A DNA stretch of 54,977 bases, from positions 1-54,977 of the forward strand of contig CANKGI010000001.1 in NCBI GenBank assembly GCA_947481365.1. The letters run 5' to 3'. Source of the stretch: Bacteroidota bacterium (GTDB lineage: Bacteria; Bacteroidota; Bacteroidia; UKL13-3). The position numbers and the translations under genes were made by a program. Position 1 is the first letter of the stretch; every line of letters starts with the position of its first letter. The notes beneath the pieces were generated by a model. It worked only from the letters and a program-made list of their open reading frames with translations, was not told the origin of the DNA and searched no databases. Positions 28,400 through 36,978 of the stretch are shown piece after piece.

Positions 28400-28849
28400 A
28401 TGCAACTCGAAAAAGAAATACAACAACCAAAGTTTAAAAGCGAAAAGCACAAAGCGGTGTTGAATATCTTTTTTACATCTGGATGGTTGGGTTGTCAGCA
28501 ACAACGCTTCTTAAAAGAACATGGACTTTCACCACAGCAATATAATGTGATGCGAATTTTGAGAGGACAGAAAGGAAATCCGATAACGATAAATGGAATT
28601 CAGGAGCGTATGCTTGATAAAAGTTCTAACGCATCTCGATTGATTGATAAATTAGTTGAAAAGAATTTAGCGGATAGAGTTATTTCGAAAATCGACAGAA
28701 GGCAAGTTGATATTATCATCACAGAAAAAGGGCTTTCATTATTAAAAAGGATTGATTCTGAAATTGAGAATATGGAAAATTTTCATTCAAATATTACTGA
28801 AAAAGATGCAAAAGAATTAAATAGAATACTCGATAAAATAAGAGGATAA
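28400..28849 (+). CDS. MarR-family transcriptional regulator
   Basis: 149 aa. Winged-helix region 'LSPQQYNVMRILRG....ITINGIQERMLDKSSNASRLIDKLVEKNLADR'. Confidence 0.85.
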   Translation: MQLEKEIQQPKFKSEKHKAVLNIFFTSGWLGCQQQRFLKEHGLSPQQYNVMRILRGQKGNPITINGIQERMLDKSSNASRLIDKLVEKNLADRVISKIDRRQVDIIITEKGLSLLKRIDSEIENMENFHSNITEKDAKELNRILDKIRG

Positions 28850-28884
28850 AACAATCAAAAAATAAATAATTTAAACAAACAGAA

Positions 28885-29496
28885 ATGAAAAAATCATTAT
28901 TAATTTTAGCATTTGCCGCAATGGGATTGTCGGTAATTGCAAGTAACCCAACAAGTCAAAAATCAGAAACTGTAAGAGTTGACCCTGCAAAAAGTACTTT
29001 AAAATGGCATGCCGAAAAAGTTACAGGAAAGCATGATGGTACTGCAAGAATTTTAGGTGGAACTATTATCGTTGATGGAACTAACATTACTGGTGGAACA
29101 GTTGAAGTAGACATGAACTCAATTGATAACACTGATATGCAAGGTGAATATCATGATAAATTAGTTGGTCATTTAAAGTCGGATGATTTTTTTGGTGTAA
29201 CTAATTTCCCAAAAGCAACACTTGCAATAAAAAAAGTTGTTCCTATTGCTGATAAAAAAGCAGCTGAAAATGTAACTGTAACAGCTGATTTAACGATCAA
29301 AGGAATCACAAAAGAAATATCATTTCTTGCAATCGTTGTTATAGGTAAAACAGAAATTGTTACAAATGCTGATATCAATATTAACCGCACTAATTATGGT
29401 ATTAAATATGGTTCTAAATCATTCATCGAAGGTATTGGAGACAAAGCAATCAATGATGATTTTAATATCAAAGTGAGAATAGTAGCTTCAAAATAA
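28885..29496 (+). CDS. YceI-family (polyisoprenoid-binding-like) protein, secreted
   Basis: 203 aa. Signal peptide 'LAFAAMGLSVIAS', 'STLKWHAEKVTGKHDG' and 'GHLKSDDFF'. Confidence 0.8.
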   Translation: MKKSLLILAFAAMGLSVIASNPTSQKSETVRVDPAKSTLKWHAEKVTGKHDGTARILGGTIIVDGTNITGGTVEVDMNSIDNTDMQGEYHDKLVGHLKSDDFFGVTNFPKATLAIKKVVPIADKKAAENVTVTADLTIKGITKEISFLAIVVIGKTEIVTNADININRTNYGIKYGSKSFIEGIGDKAINDDFNIKVRIVASK

Positions 29497-29522
29497 TTTT
29501 AAATAGAAATAGATAATTACAC

Positions 29523-29555
29523 AAAACTGTCTGAGAATATTTCTCAGGCAGTTTT
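29523..29555 (+). terminator. Hairpin with a short T-run between yceI-1 and pirin-1 (possible partial terminator)
   Basis: aaaactgtctgag-aatattt-ctcaggcagtttt, with one G.U pair in the stem. Only 4 T follow, then an A-run. Confidence 0.4.
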
Positions 29556-29569
29556 AAAAAAAATAACCC

Positions 29570-30286
29570 ATGTCAAATTTTATTATTCATAAAGCCGAAC
29601 ATCGTGGACATGCAAATCATGGATGGCTAGATACTTTTCATTCATTCAGTTTTGCAAATTATTACAATCCTGAAAAAATGCATTTTGGTGTATTACGTGT
29701 TTTGAATGATGATAGAATTGAAGGAGGAATGGGATTTGGCATGCATCCACATGATAACATGGAAATTATTACCATACCGATTTTGGGTGGAGTACATCAT
29801 AAAGACAGCATGGGTAACTCAGGAGTAATAAATACCGGAGATGTGCAAGTGATGAGTGCTGGAACTGGAATTTATCATTCAGAAGAAAATGCTAATGCTG
29901 ATAAAGATTTAATGCTTTTTCAGATTTGGATATTTCCGGATAAAAAAAATGTAACGCCTCGTTACGACCAAAAAACTTTTAACGTAGCCGACAGAACAAA
30001 TAAATTTCAACAAATCGTTTCTCCTATGGGAGAAGAAACTGGACTAAATATACATCAAAGTGCATGGTTTAGTTTGGCAAATTTTAGCAAAAACTTTGAA
30101 ACAAATTATCAGATAAAAAAAGAAGGAAATGGATTGTATGTTTTTGTAATTGAAGGAAACGCAACCATTAACGACCAAACCTTAAGCAGGCGAGATGCTA
30201 TTGGTATCACAGGTGTAGAAAGTATTACAATTAAATCGGATACTGATACACAAATTTTAGTGATGGATATACCAATGCACATTTAA
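29570..30286 (+). CDS. Pirin-family cupin (YhhW/quercetinase-like)
   Basis: 238 aa. 'GMHPHDNMEIITIP' cupin His cluster and 'MSAGTGIYHSE'. Confidence 0.85.
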   Translation: MSNFIIHKAEHRGHANHGWLDTFHSFSFANYYNPEKMHFGVLRVLNDDRIEGGMGFGMHPHDNMEIITIPILGGVHHKDSMGNSGVINTGDVQVMSAGTGIYHSEENANADKDLMLFQIWIFPDKKNVTPRYDQKTFNVADRTNKFQQIVSPMGEETGLNIHQSAWFSLANFSKNFETNYQIKKEGNGLYVFVIEGNATINDQTLSRRDAIGITGVESITIKSDTDTQILVMDIPMHI

Positions 30287-30317
30287 TTTGAAAATCATTT
30301 AAACCACAAATATAATT

Positions 30318-30872
30318 ATGACAACAGCAACAGCATCATCAGCAAAAGGTACTTGGAGTATCGATGCTTCACACAGTGAAATCGGATTTAAAGTTAGACA
30401 TTTAGTAGTAACTAACGTATCCGGTAAGTTTAACAAATTTGATGGAAGTATCGAAGCGATTAATGATAATTTCAACGATGCAAAAATTTCGTTTACCGCA
30501 GATGTAAATAGCATCAACACTGGCGATGAAGCACGTGACGGACATTTGAAATCAGATGATTTCTTCAATGCAGAACAATTTCCGACAATCAGTTTCAAAT
30601 CTACTTCTGTTCAACATGTAAGTGGAAACGATTACAAAATCGTTGGCGATTTTACCATGAGAGATGTAACTAAAACCATCGAATTATCTGCCGAGTACGG
30701 TGGAATCATGGTTGATCCATGGGGAAATACTAAATCAGGTTTCGAAGTAATCGGGAAAATTAATCGCAGTGATTTTAATTTAAAATGGAATGTGATGACA
30801 GAAGTTGGTGGAGCAGTTGTAAGTGATGAAATTAAAATTCACATCAACGCTGAGTTAGCAAAACAAGCTTAA
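30318..30872 (+). CDS. YceI-family protein, cytoplasmic (no signal peptide)
   Basis: 184 aa. 'SEIGFKVRHLVVTNVSGKFNKFDG' and 'ARDGHLKSDDFF'. Confidence 0.85.
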   Translation: MTTATASSAKGTWSIDASHSEIGFKVRHLVVTNVSGKFNKFDGSIEAINDNFNDAKISFTADVNSINTGDEARDGHLKSDDFFNAEQFPTISFKSTSVQHVSGNDYKIVGDFTMRDVTKTIELSAEYGGIMVDPWGNTKSGFEVIGKINRSDFNLKWNVMTEVGGAVVSDEIKIHINAELAKQA

Positions 30873-30881
30873 TTTGATGCT

Positions 30882-31739
30882 TTGAAAAAGCTGAGAACAA
30901 TAGATAAAATAACTTATGCGCACGAATTCCAAATGGGAAACATGCGTGTTAAACAGCCATTGCCAACTCATGAATTGGAGCAAGTGAGTCCTTTCATTCT
31001 GCTCCATCATGCGGGGCCTGATCATTATAAGGCAGGTGAATATAAAAACCGTTTAGGTCCGCATCCACATCGTGGTTTTGAGCCGGTAACTTTTATTTTC
31101 AATGGAAAAGTGCATCATCGCGACTCGATGGGAAATGAAGGTTTTTTGCAAACAGGTGATGTTCAATGGATGACTGCAGGTAAAGGTGTTATTCATAGTG
31201 AAGGGCCATCAGAAAAATTCTCGGAAGAAGGTGGGACCATTGAAATCATACAGCTTTGGATCAATCTTCCTCGCGAACATAAAATGACTGAGCCCAAATA
31301 TCAGGATATTCCATCATCAAAAATTCCTGTGATTGAAAATGAAAAAGTGAAGATGAAATTGGTATCTGGAAATTATAGTAATTTAGAAGGTCCAGCAGAA
31401 ACATTTACCCAAATTTTATCGATGATGATTGAATTTGAAGAAGGGGCTGAAATAAACTTAGATGTTCCTGAAAACTTCAATTCACTTATTTATTTATTAG
31501 ACGGAAAATTAGAATCAGGAAGTGAGACAATCAATAAACTCAATATGATTGCCTATAACAATGATGGAAATTCGATTCAACTTAAATCTATTTCATCAGG
31601 AAAGTTGTTATTCCTTTCGGGAGAACCTATCAATGAACCGATGGTCAATTACGGTCCGTTTGTGATGAACTATCCTGGCGAAATAAAACAGGCAATACTC
31701 GATTATGAGCAAGGGAAAATGGGAAGTTTAGATTTTTAA
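30882..31739 (+). CDS. Pirin-family cupin (long, two-domain form)
   Basis: 285 aa. 'GPHPHRGFEPVTFIF' and 'MTAGKGVIHSE'. The TTG start is retained because 'LRTIDKI....F.MGNMRVKQPLP' aligns with pirin N-termini. Confidence 0.8.
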   Translation: MKKLRTIDKITYAHEFQMGNMRVKQPLPTHELEQVSPFILLHHAGPDHYKAGEYKNRLGPHPHRGFEPVTFIFNGKVHHRDSMGNEGFLQTGDVQWMTAGKGVIHSEGPSEKFSEEGGTIEIIQLWINLPREHKMTEPKYQDIPSSKIPVIENEKVKMKLVSGNYSNLEGPAETFTQILSMMIEFEEGAEINLDVPENFNSLIYLLDGKLESGSETINKLNMIAYNNDGNSIQLKSISSGKLLFLSGEPINEPMVNYGPFVMNYPGEIKQAILDYEQGKMGSLDF

Positions 31740-31744
31740 AAAGA

Positions 31745-32293
31745 ATGAGAATAAATATTATATCAGGAAGCCCAAGGGCTAATAGTATTACCAAGAGAGC
31801 AGCTTTGTATCTTCAAAATGTGTTGAGCAAAAATCATGAAATAGTGTTTATTGATTTGCATCAAATAGATTTGCCACCCATGCAAACTGTTTATACAAAC
31901 GATGAAAATACTCCTGCAGAATTTCAGGAGTTGAGAAATAAAATGTTTGCAGCTGATGCATTTATTTTAGTTACACCCGAATATAATGGTGGCTATTCTC
32001 CTTCAATGAAAAACTTGCTCGATCATTTTACAAAAACAACTTATACCAAAAAAGCAATCGGAATTGTAACTGCTTCTGATGGTATGTTTGGTGGAATAAG
32101 AGCTTCACAGCAAATGCAATTATTGATATGCGCTTTGTTTGGAATTCCTTGTCCGCAAATGCTCATTATTCCTCAGGTTGATAAGAAATTTGATGTTGAA
32201 GGAAATCTGCTCGATGAAACATTTACTAGAAATGTAGATAATTTTTTGAAAGAATATTTGTGGCTGGCTGAAGCATTACACAAATCGAAATAA
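31745..32293 (+). CDS. NAD(P)H-dependent FMN reductase / flavodoxin-like quinone reductase
   Basis: 182 aa. 'INIISGSPRANSIT' and 'ILVTPEYNGGYSPSMKN'. Confidence 0.8.
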   Translation: MRINIISGSPRANSITKRAALYLQNVLSKNHEIVFIDLHQIDLPPMQTVYTNDENTPAEFQELRNKMFAADAFILVTPEYNGGYSPSMKNLLDHFTKTTYTKKAIGIVTASDGMFGGIRASQQMQLLICALFGIPCPQMLIIPQVDKKFDVEGNLLDETFTRNVDNFLKEYLWLAEALHKSK

Positions 32294-32315
32294 ATGGTCA
32301 TTTAATTTCATTTTC

Positions 32316-33188
32316 ATGAAAAGAAATGAATTTATCAAATCATCAGGATTACTTTTACTATCAACTATGATTGACTTAAAATCTTTTGGAAATGTGATGG
32401 GTGAAAATTCGTTAACAGCAAAAATGCCTGTGCTATTTATCGGTCATGGAAATCCGATGAATGCTTTGTACGATAATCCTTTCACACGTTCGTTGAATAA
32501 ACTTGGGAAAGAAATTCCAAAACCCAAAGCAGTACTTGTCGTTTCGGCTCATTGGTTAACCCACGGAACTTTTGTTCACAGTTCACCGGCACCTAAAACA
32601 ATTCACGATTTCGGTGGGTTTCCAAAAGAATTATTTGCGGTAGAATATCATGCTCCGGGCTCACCAGAAATGGCAAAGCAAACAAAAGAAAATATTCATT
32701 CAACCACGGTTCAGCTCGACACAGATTGGGGGCTTGACCATGGTGCTTGGACCATTTTAAAACATATTTATCCATTGGCTGATGTACCGGTTTTTCAATT
32801 AAGTATTGATGCAAATAAACCTGCTCAATATCATTATGATCTAGCAAAACAATTAGCAACGCTTCGCAATAAAGGAGTGTTAATTATTGGTAGTGGAAAT
32901 ATCGTTCACAATCTTGGAAGAGTGAGTTGGGAAGACCCTAATGTAAAATTTGATTGGAGTATTGAGTTTGACGAAAAAGTAAAAAGTTGTTTATCAAATC
33001 ACCGCCATCAGGAATTGATTGATTACGAAAAAATGGGAAATGCAGCCATGCTTTCTGTTCCAACAAACGATCATTATTTGCCGATGATATATACAATCGG
33101 ATTACAAGATAAAAACGAACAAATTATCCAAACATACGAGAGCATTGAAATGGGTTCAATCAGTATGCGTTGTTTTAAAATCGGATAA
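32316..33188 (+). CDS. Class III extradiol dioxygenase (4,5-DOPA dioxygenase / YgiD-LigB family) with an N-terminal export-signal-like extension
   Basis: 290 aa. 'PVLFIGHGNPMNA', 'VVSAHW', 'DHGAW'. The first ~35 aa, 'MKRNEFIKSSGLLLLSTMIDLKSFG', resemble a Tat-type signal (KR in place of RR). Confidence 0.75.
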   Translation: MKRNEFIKSSGLLLLSTMIDLKSFGNVMGENSLTAKMPVLFIGHGNPMNALYDNPFTRSLNKLGKEIPKPKAVLVVSAHWLTHGTFVHSSPAPKTIHDFGGFPKELFAVEYHAPGSPEMAKQTKENIHSTTVQLDTDWGLDHGAWTILKHIYPLADVPVFQLSIDANKPAQYHYDLAKQLATLRNKGVLIIGSGNIVHNLGRVSWEDPNVKFDWSIEFDEKVKSCLSNHRHQELIDYEKMGNAAMLSVPTNDHYLPMIYTIGLQDKNEQIIQTYESIEMGSISMRCFKIG

Positions 33189-33203
33189 TTTATAGCATAA
33201 TAT

Positions 33204-33251
33204 AATACCGAAAAACACAAGTTGTACTGATGAATTTCGGTATTAATTATT
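33204..33251. repeat. 48-bp hairpin repeat, copy A (downstream of the ATPase gene and of the dioxygenase gene)
   Basis: aataccgaaaaacacaagttgtactgatgaatttcggtattaattatt is identical to copy B (34447-34494) at 43/48 positions. It contains the inverted repeat aataccgaaa/tttcggtatt. Confidence 0.8.
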
Positions 33252-34428
33252 TTAGTAAAATTGGTAAATGTTTTGTTAAAAACCTTTCTAATCCTGATAT
33301 CACAAGGTTTTTAGATAATTGATATGGAGCATCATCATTTGGTGTTATGATAAAATTATTTTTACATTTCAAATCGTTAAGACTTTCGCTCATTCCTCTT
33401 GAGATAGTTGGAGAGCTAGAATATTTTATTTCGATGCAGGCAATTGGTTTTATTCCTTTTACCAATACTAAATCCATTTCACTTCCATCATGAGTGCGAT
33501 AGTAATATGGTTGAATCGTGCGAGGCAGTAATTCAATAATCTGTTCAATTACATAACCTTCCCATGAGTGGCCTACAGACGAATGATATTTTAATGTTTT
33601 TGAATGATGTATATCTAATAAATAATGAAGTAAACCGGAATCACGGATATAAACTTTCGGACTTTTAACCAATCGTTTTTTTGTATTGTGGTGAAAAGGC
33701 ATCAGCTTTCTAACCATAAAGGCACCTTCCAAATAATCGAGATATCGATTTACCGTTGTAGGGCTAATATCCAATCCTTTCGAAAACGATTGCGCATTCC
33801 AAATACCACTGTGATGATGCGCCAGCATTCGCCATAAACGAAACATTACTTGCGGTGAAAAACTCTGACCAAACAATGTATTTAAATCTCTTTCAATAAA
33901 TGTGCGTGCAAATCCATCAAGCCAATTAAAATGTTCGCTATCATTTTTTGCAAGATATGCATCAGGAAATCCTCCACGGAACCAATGCTTTTGCATTGTT
34001 GTGCTTTTATTCGGAAGTTCTATTAAGTTGAATGGGTGCGCTTCGATATAATAAATTCGTCCTGCAAGTGATTCTGATGAACCTTTTACTAATTCAGGCG
34101 AAGCCGAGCCTAACAACATAAATCTGCCCGATTTTTTCTTTTTATCGATAACCGAACGAAGCACAGCAAATAATTCAGGGATGCGCTGAACTTCATCAAT
34201 AATAATATTCAAATCCTGTTGTTGATTAAGGAAAAATTCTGGGTCATTAAATTTTCTGAAATCAGCAGGGCTTTCCAAATCAAAGTAAACAGAATCTCTT
34301 TTGAGTAGTTTTTGAACAGTTAATGCCATTGTTGTTTTGCCACATTGACGTGGTCCAATTACCCCAACAGCAGGAAATTGTTTTAGCAATGAAAGCAATT
34401 TATTTTCTGAAATCCTTTTGATTTTCAT
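33247..34428 (-). CDS. AAA+ ATPase with a DUF4143-type C-terminal domain
   Basis: 393 aa. Walker A 'GPRQCGKTT' and Walker B 'IIIDEVQ'. The C-terminal half ('W.GYV.E....') is typical of AAA_14/DUF4143 proteins. Confidence 0.75.
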   Translation of the reverse strand: MKIKRISENKLLSLLKQFPAVGVIGPRQCGKTTMALTVQKLLKRDSVYFDLESPADFRKFNDPEFFLNQQQDLNIIIDEVQRIPELFAVLRSVIDKKKKSGRFMLLGSASPELVKGSSESLAGRIYYIEAHPFNLIELPNKSTTMQKHWFRGGFPDAYLAKNDSEHFNWLDGFARTFIERDLNTLFGQSFSPQVMFRLWRMLAHHHSGIWNAQSFSKGLDISPTTVNRYLDYLEGAFMVRKLMPFHHNTKKRLVKSPKVYIRDSGLLHYLLDIHHSKTLKYHSSVGHSWEGYVIEQIIELLPRTIQPYYYRTHDGSEMDLVLVKGIKPIACIEIKYSSSPTISRGMSESLNDLKCKNNFIITPNDDAPYQLSKNLVISGLERFLTKHLPILLK

Positions 34429-34446
34429 ACCTCAAAGATAAATAAT

Positions 34447-34494
34447 AATACCGAAAATCAAAAGTTAAACTGATGATTTTCGGTATTAATTATT
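34447..34494. repeat. 48-bp hairpin repeat, copy B (between fhs and the ATPase gene)
   Basis: aataccgaaaatcaaaagttaaactgatgattttcggtattaattatt has a 12-bp stem, aataccgaaaat/attttcggtatt. It lies 19 nt upstream of the ATPase start and 44 nt downstream of the fhs stop. Confidence 0.8.
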
Positions 34495-34537
34495 AATAAA
34501 AAGTATGAATATTTTGAAACCGTTATGATTCCAACAA

Positions 34538-36202
34538 TTAGCTCAATCCGGTAATTTCTCCATTCACCACATCAATATGCATGGCTGCAGGATCTTTTGG
34601 TAAACCAGGCATACGCATAATCTCACCTGCAACTGCTACAACAAATCCTGCTCCGCTCGTAATAATTAAATTATCAATATTGATATTGAAATTTTCGGGA
34701 GAACCAGGAAGACCTGCATTATCAGTAAACGAAAATTGAGTTTTGGCAATACATATTGGCCATTTATCAGCACCCAATTCTTTAATTTTTTTCATCGCAG
34801 TTTTTGCTTTCTGTCCGAAAGTGATACTGCTTCCTTTGTATACTTTAGTTACGATTTTCGTAATTTTTTCTTCAACTGTATCTTCCAAATCATAAGTATG
34901 TTGAAGTGGTTTTGAAGGTTTATTTTCAATAATCTCAACAACTTTTTTAGCCAAGTCAACAGCGCCATCACCACCTTTTGCAAAGCCTTCGTTCATCGCA
35001 AATTCAGCGCCTTTTTGTTTGCACCAATCTTCAATGTATGCAAGTTCTTCAGCTACATCAAAATGAAATTTATTTAAAGCTACGATAACTGTTTGTCCGA
35101 AATTTTGAAGACTTTCAATATGTCTTTCCATATTTTTCATTCCAGCTTTCAATCCGTCCATGTTTGGTTGTTTGATGAGTTTTTCATCAACTTTACCATG
35201 AAGTTTTAGTGATTGAGTTGTGGTAACTAACACTGTTGCTTTAGGTGAAATACCAGCAGCACGACATTTAATGTTTAAGAATTTTTCAGCTCCTAAATCA
35301 CTTCCGAAACCTGCTTCTGTTATTGCATAATCGCCAAATTGCATGGCTGCTTTTGTAGCAACAATACTATTGCAACCATGAGCAATATTAGCAAATGGTC
35401 CACCATGAATAAATGCTGCACCACCTTCAATTGTTTGCACTAAGTTTGGTTTGAAAGCTTCTTTTAACAATGCAACCATTGAACCAGCAACCCCTAAATC
35501 GCGAACATAAAATGGTTTGTCTTCAAAGGTGTATCCAACTAAAATATTTTCAATTCGTTTACGCAAATCATCAAGCGAAGTTGCTAAACAGAATATGGCC
35601 ATAATTTCGGATGCAGGAGTAATATCGAAACCTGTTTCAGCAGGAATTCCATTTGTTGAACCATTTAATCCGCTTACAATAAATCGCAATGAGCGATCAT
35701 TTACATCCAACACCCTGCGCCACAAAATTTGTTTTAAGGCTGTTGCTTTTCCTTTGTTAAAATATTGATAATTATCAACCAAAGCAGCAAGCGTATTATT
35801 TGCCGATGTAATTGCATGAAAATCTCCAGTAAAGTGAAGATTGATATCTTCCATTGGCAATACTTGCGAATAACCTCCACCTGCAGCACCACCTTTCATT
35901 CCAAAACATGGGCCGAGTGATGGCTCTCTCAAAGCAACGATTGCTTTCTTTCCAATTTTATTTAAACCCTGAGCAAGTGCAACCGAAGTTGTAGTTTTTC
36001 CCGAACCACTTTTGTTTGGTGTTGTGGCAGTAACTAAAATCAAATTGCTTTTTGCAATTTTAGCTTCGTCAAAAGTGTAATCAACTTTTGCTTTGTACTT
36101 ACCATATTGGTCAATCATTTCTTCGCTGATACCTATGGATGCAGCAATTTTGTCTATTCGTTGTAACGTAGCTTCGTGGGCAATTTCGATGTCTGATTTC
36201 AT
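34538..36202 (-). CDS. fhs: Formate--tetrahydrofolate ligase
   Basis: 554 aa. 'TPNKSGSGKTTTSVALAQGL', 'EPSLGPCFGMKGGAAGGGY' and 'HGGPFANIAHGCNS'. Confidence 0.95.
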   Translation of the reverse strand: MKSDIEIAHEATLQRIDKIAASIGISEEMIDQYGKYKAKVDYTFDEAKIAKSNLILVTATTPNKSGSGKTTTSVALAQGLNKIGKKAIVALREPSLGPCFGMKGGAAGGGYSQVLPMEDINLHFTGDFHAITSANNTLAALVDNYQYFNKGKATALKQILWRRVLDVNDRSLRFIVSGLNGSTNGIPAETGFDITPASEIMAIFCLATSLDDLRKRIENILVGYTFEDKPFYVRDLGVAGSMVALLKEAFKPNLVQTIEGGAAFIHGGPFANIAHGCNSIVATKAAMQFGDYAITEAGFGSDLGAEKFLNIKCRAAGISPKATVLVTTTQSLKLHGKVDEKLIKQPNMDGLKAGMKNMERHIESLQNFGQTVIVALNKFHFDVAEELAYIEDWCKQKGAEFAMNEGFAKGGDGAVDLAKKVVEIIENKPSKPLQHTYDLEDTVEEKITKIVTKVYKGSSITFGQKAKTAMKKIKELGADKWPICIAKTQFSFTDNAGLPGSPENFNINIDNLIITSGAGFVVAVAGEIMRMPGLPKDPAAMHIDVVNGEITGLS

Positions 36203-36978
36203 TTTTTATTTTCTTTTTTTAGTTGTTCAACATATTCATTCATGCAAATAAATTCACCTGAATTTTTCAGCAAATGTATGGTTTCGTCTAAACGTTGCAA
36301 CATTTGTTCGCCACTGATTTTTGTCATAAAATTTGGAAGACCAAGATTAGAAATATCAGTAAACTCCCAAGGGTGGAAATAGAGCGACAGAAAGCCGTCA
36401 TGTTTAAGTGTTCTGAGCATCATTTTCTTCAAAAACCACATGGGGAAATTTTTGAAACTGAGCCAAAACAAAGGAAAGCGGAATGTTGGTGTTACCGATG
36501 TGGGAACATTCATCACATTTCCATTCATAAATGGTTTACGACTTTTTAATAGATGATTGTATCGACCAGGAATCCAAGTTGGATTCATGGATGAGTTGTA
36601 AGTATAACCAGCTTTTTCAATTTCCGAATTATCAACCGGAGCTAACCTAGCCATTCGGTATCCGTTAATTGGTTGATTAAATAAGGCTTCGAGCGTTTCT
36701 TTCGATTTTTTAAGATCACTGTTTTTGAACGATGAATGCGAATATCCATGCGAAGCAATTTCGTGTGATTGAGATATTATTTTCATCAATTCGGTTTGCT
36801 CGAGAGCGAAAATAGCCGTTGTAAAAAACGTGCATTTCACTTCATGCTTCTCAACAAGAGCAAGTACATTTTGCAATCCAATGGTTGATAGATTTATTTT
36901 TTCTTCGAATGAAATGTTGTGTCCGTATTCTTCTGGGGTATCAAATTCTTCAACATCAAAAGTGAGAAGTATTTTCAT
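36199..36978 (-). CDS. Polysaccharide deacetylase (CE4/NodB-fold) family protein
   Basis: 259 aa. 'ILLTFDVEEFD' and 'ASHGYSHSSF'. The stop overlaps the fhs start (ATGA). Confidence 0.75.
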   Translation of the reverse strand: MKILLTFDVEEFDTPEEYGHNISFEEKINLSTIGLQNVLALVEKHEVKCTFFTTAIFALEQTELMKIISQSHEIASHGYSHSSFKNSDLKKSKETLEALFNQPINGYRMARLAPVDNSEIEKAGYTYNSSMNPTWIPGRYNHLLKSRKPFMNGNVMNVPTSVTPTFRFPLFWLSFKNFPMWFLKKMMLRTLKHDGFLSLYFHPWEFTDISNLGLPNFMTKISGEQMLQRLDETIHLLKNSGEFICMNEYVEQLKKENKK

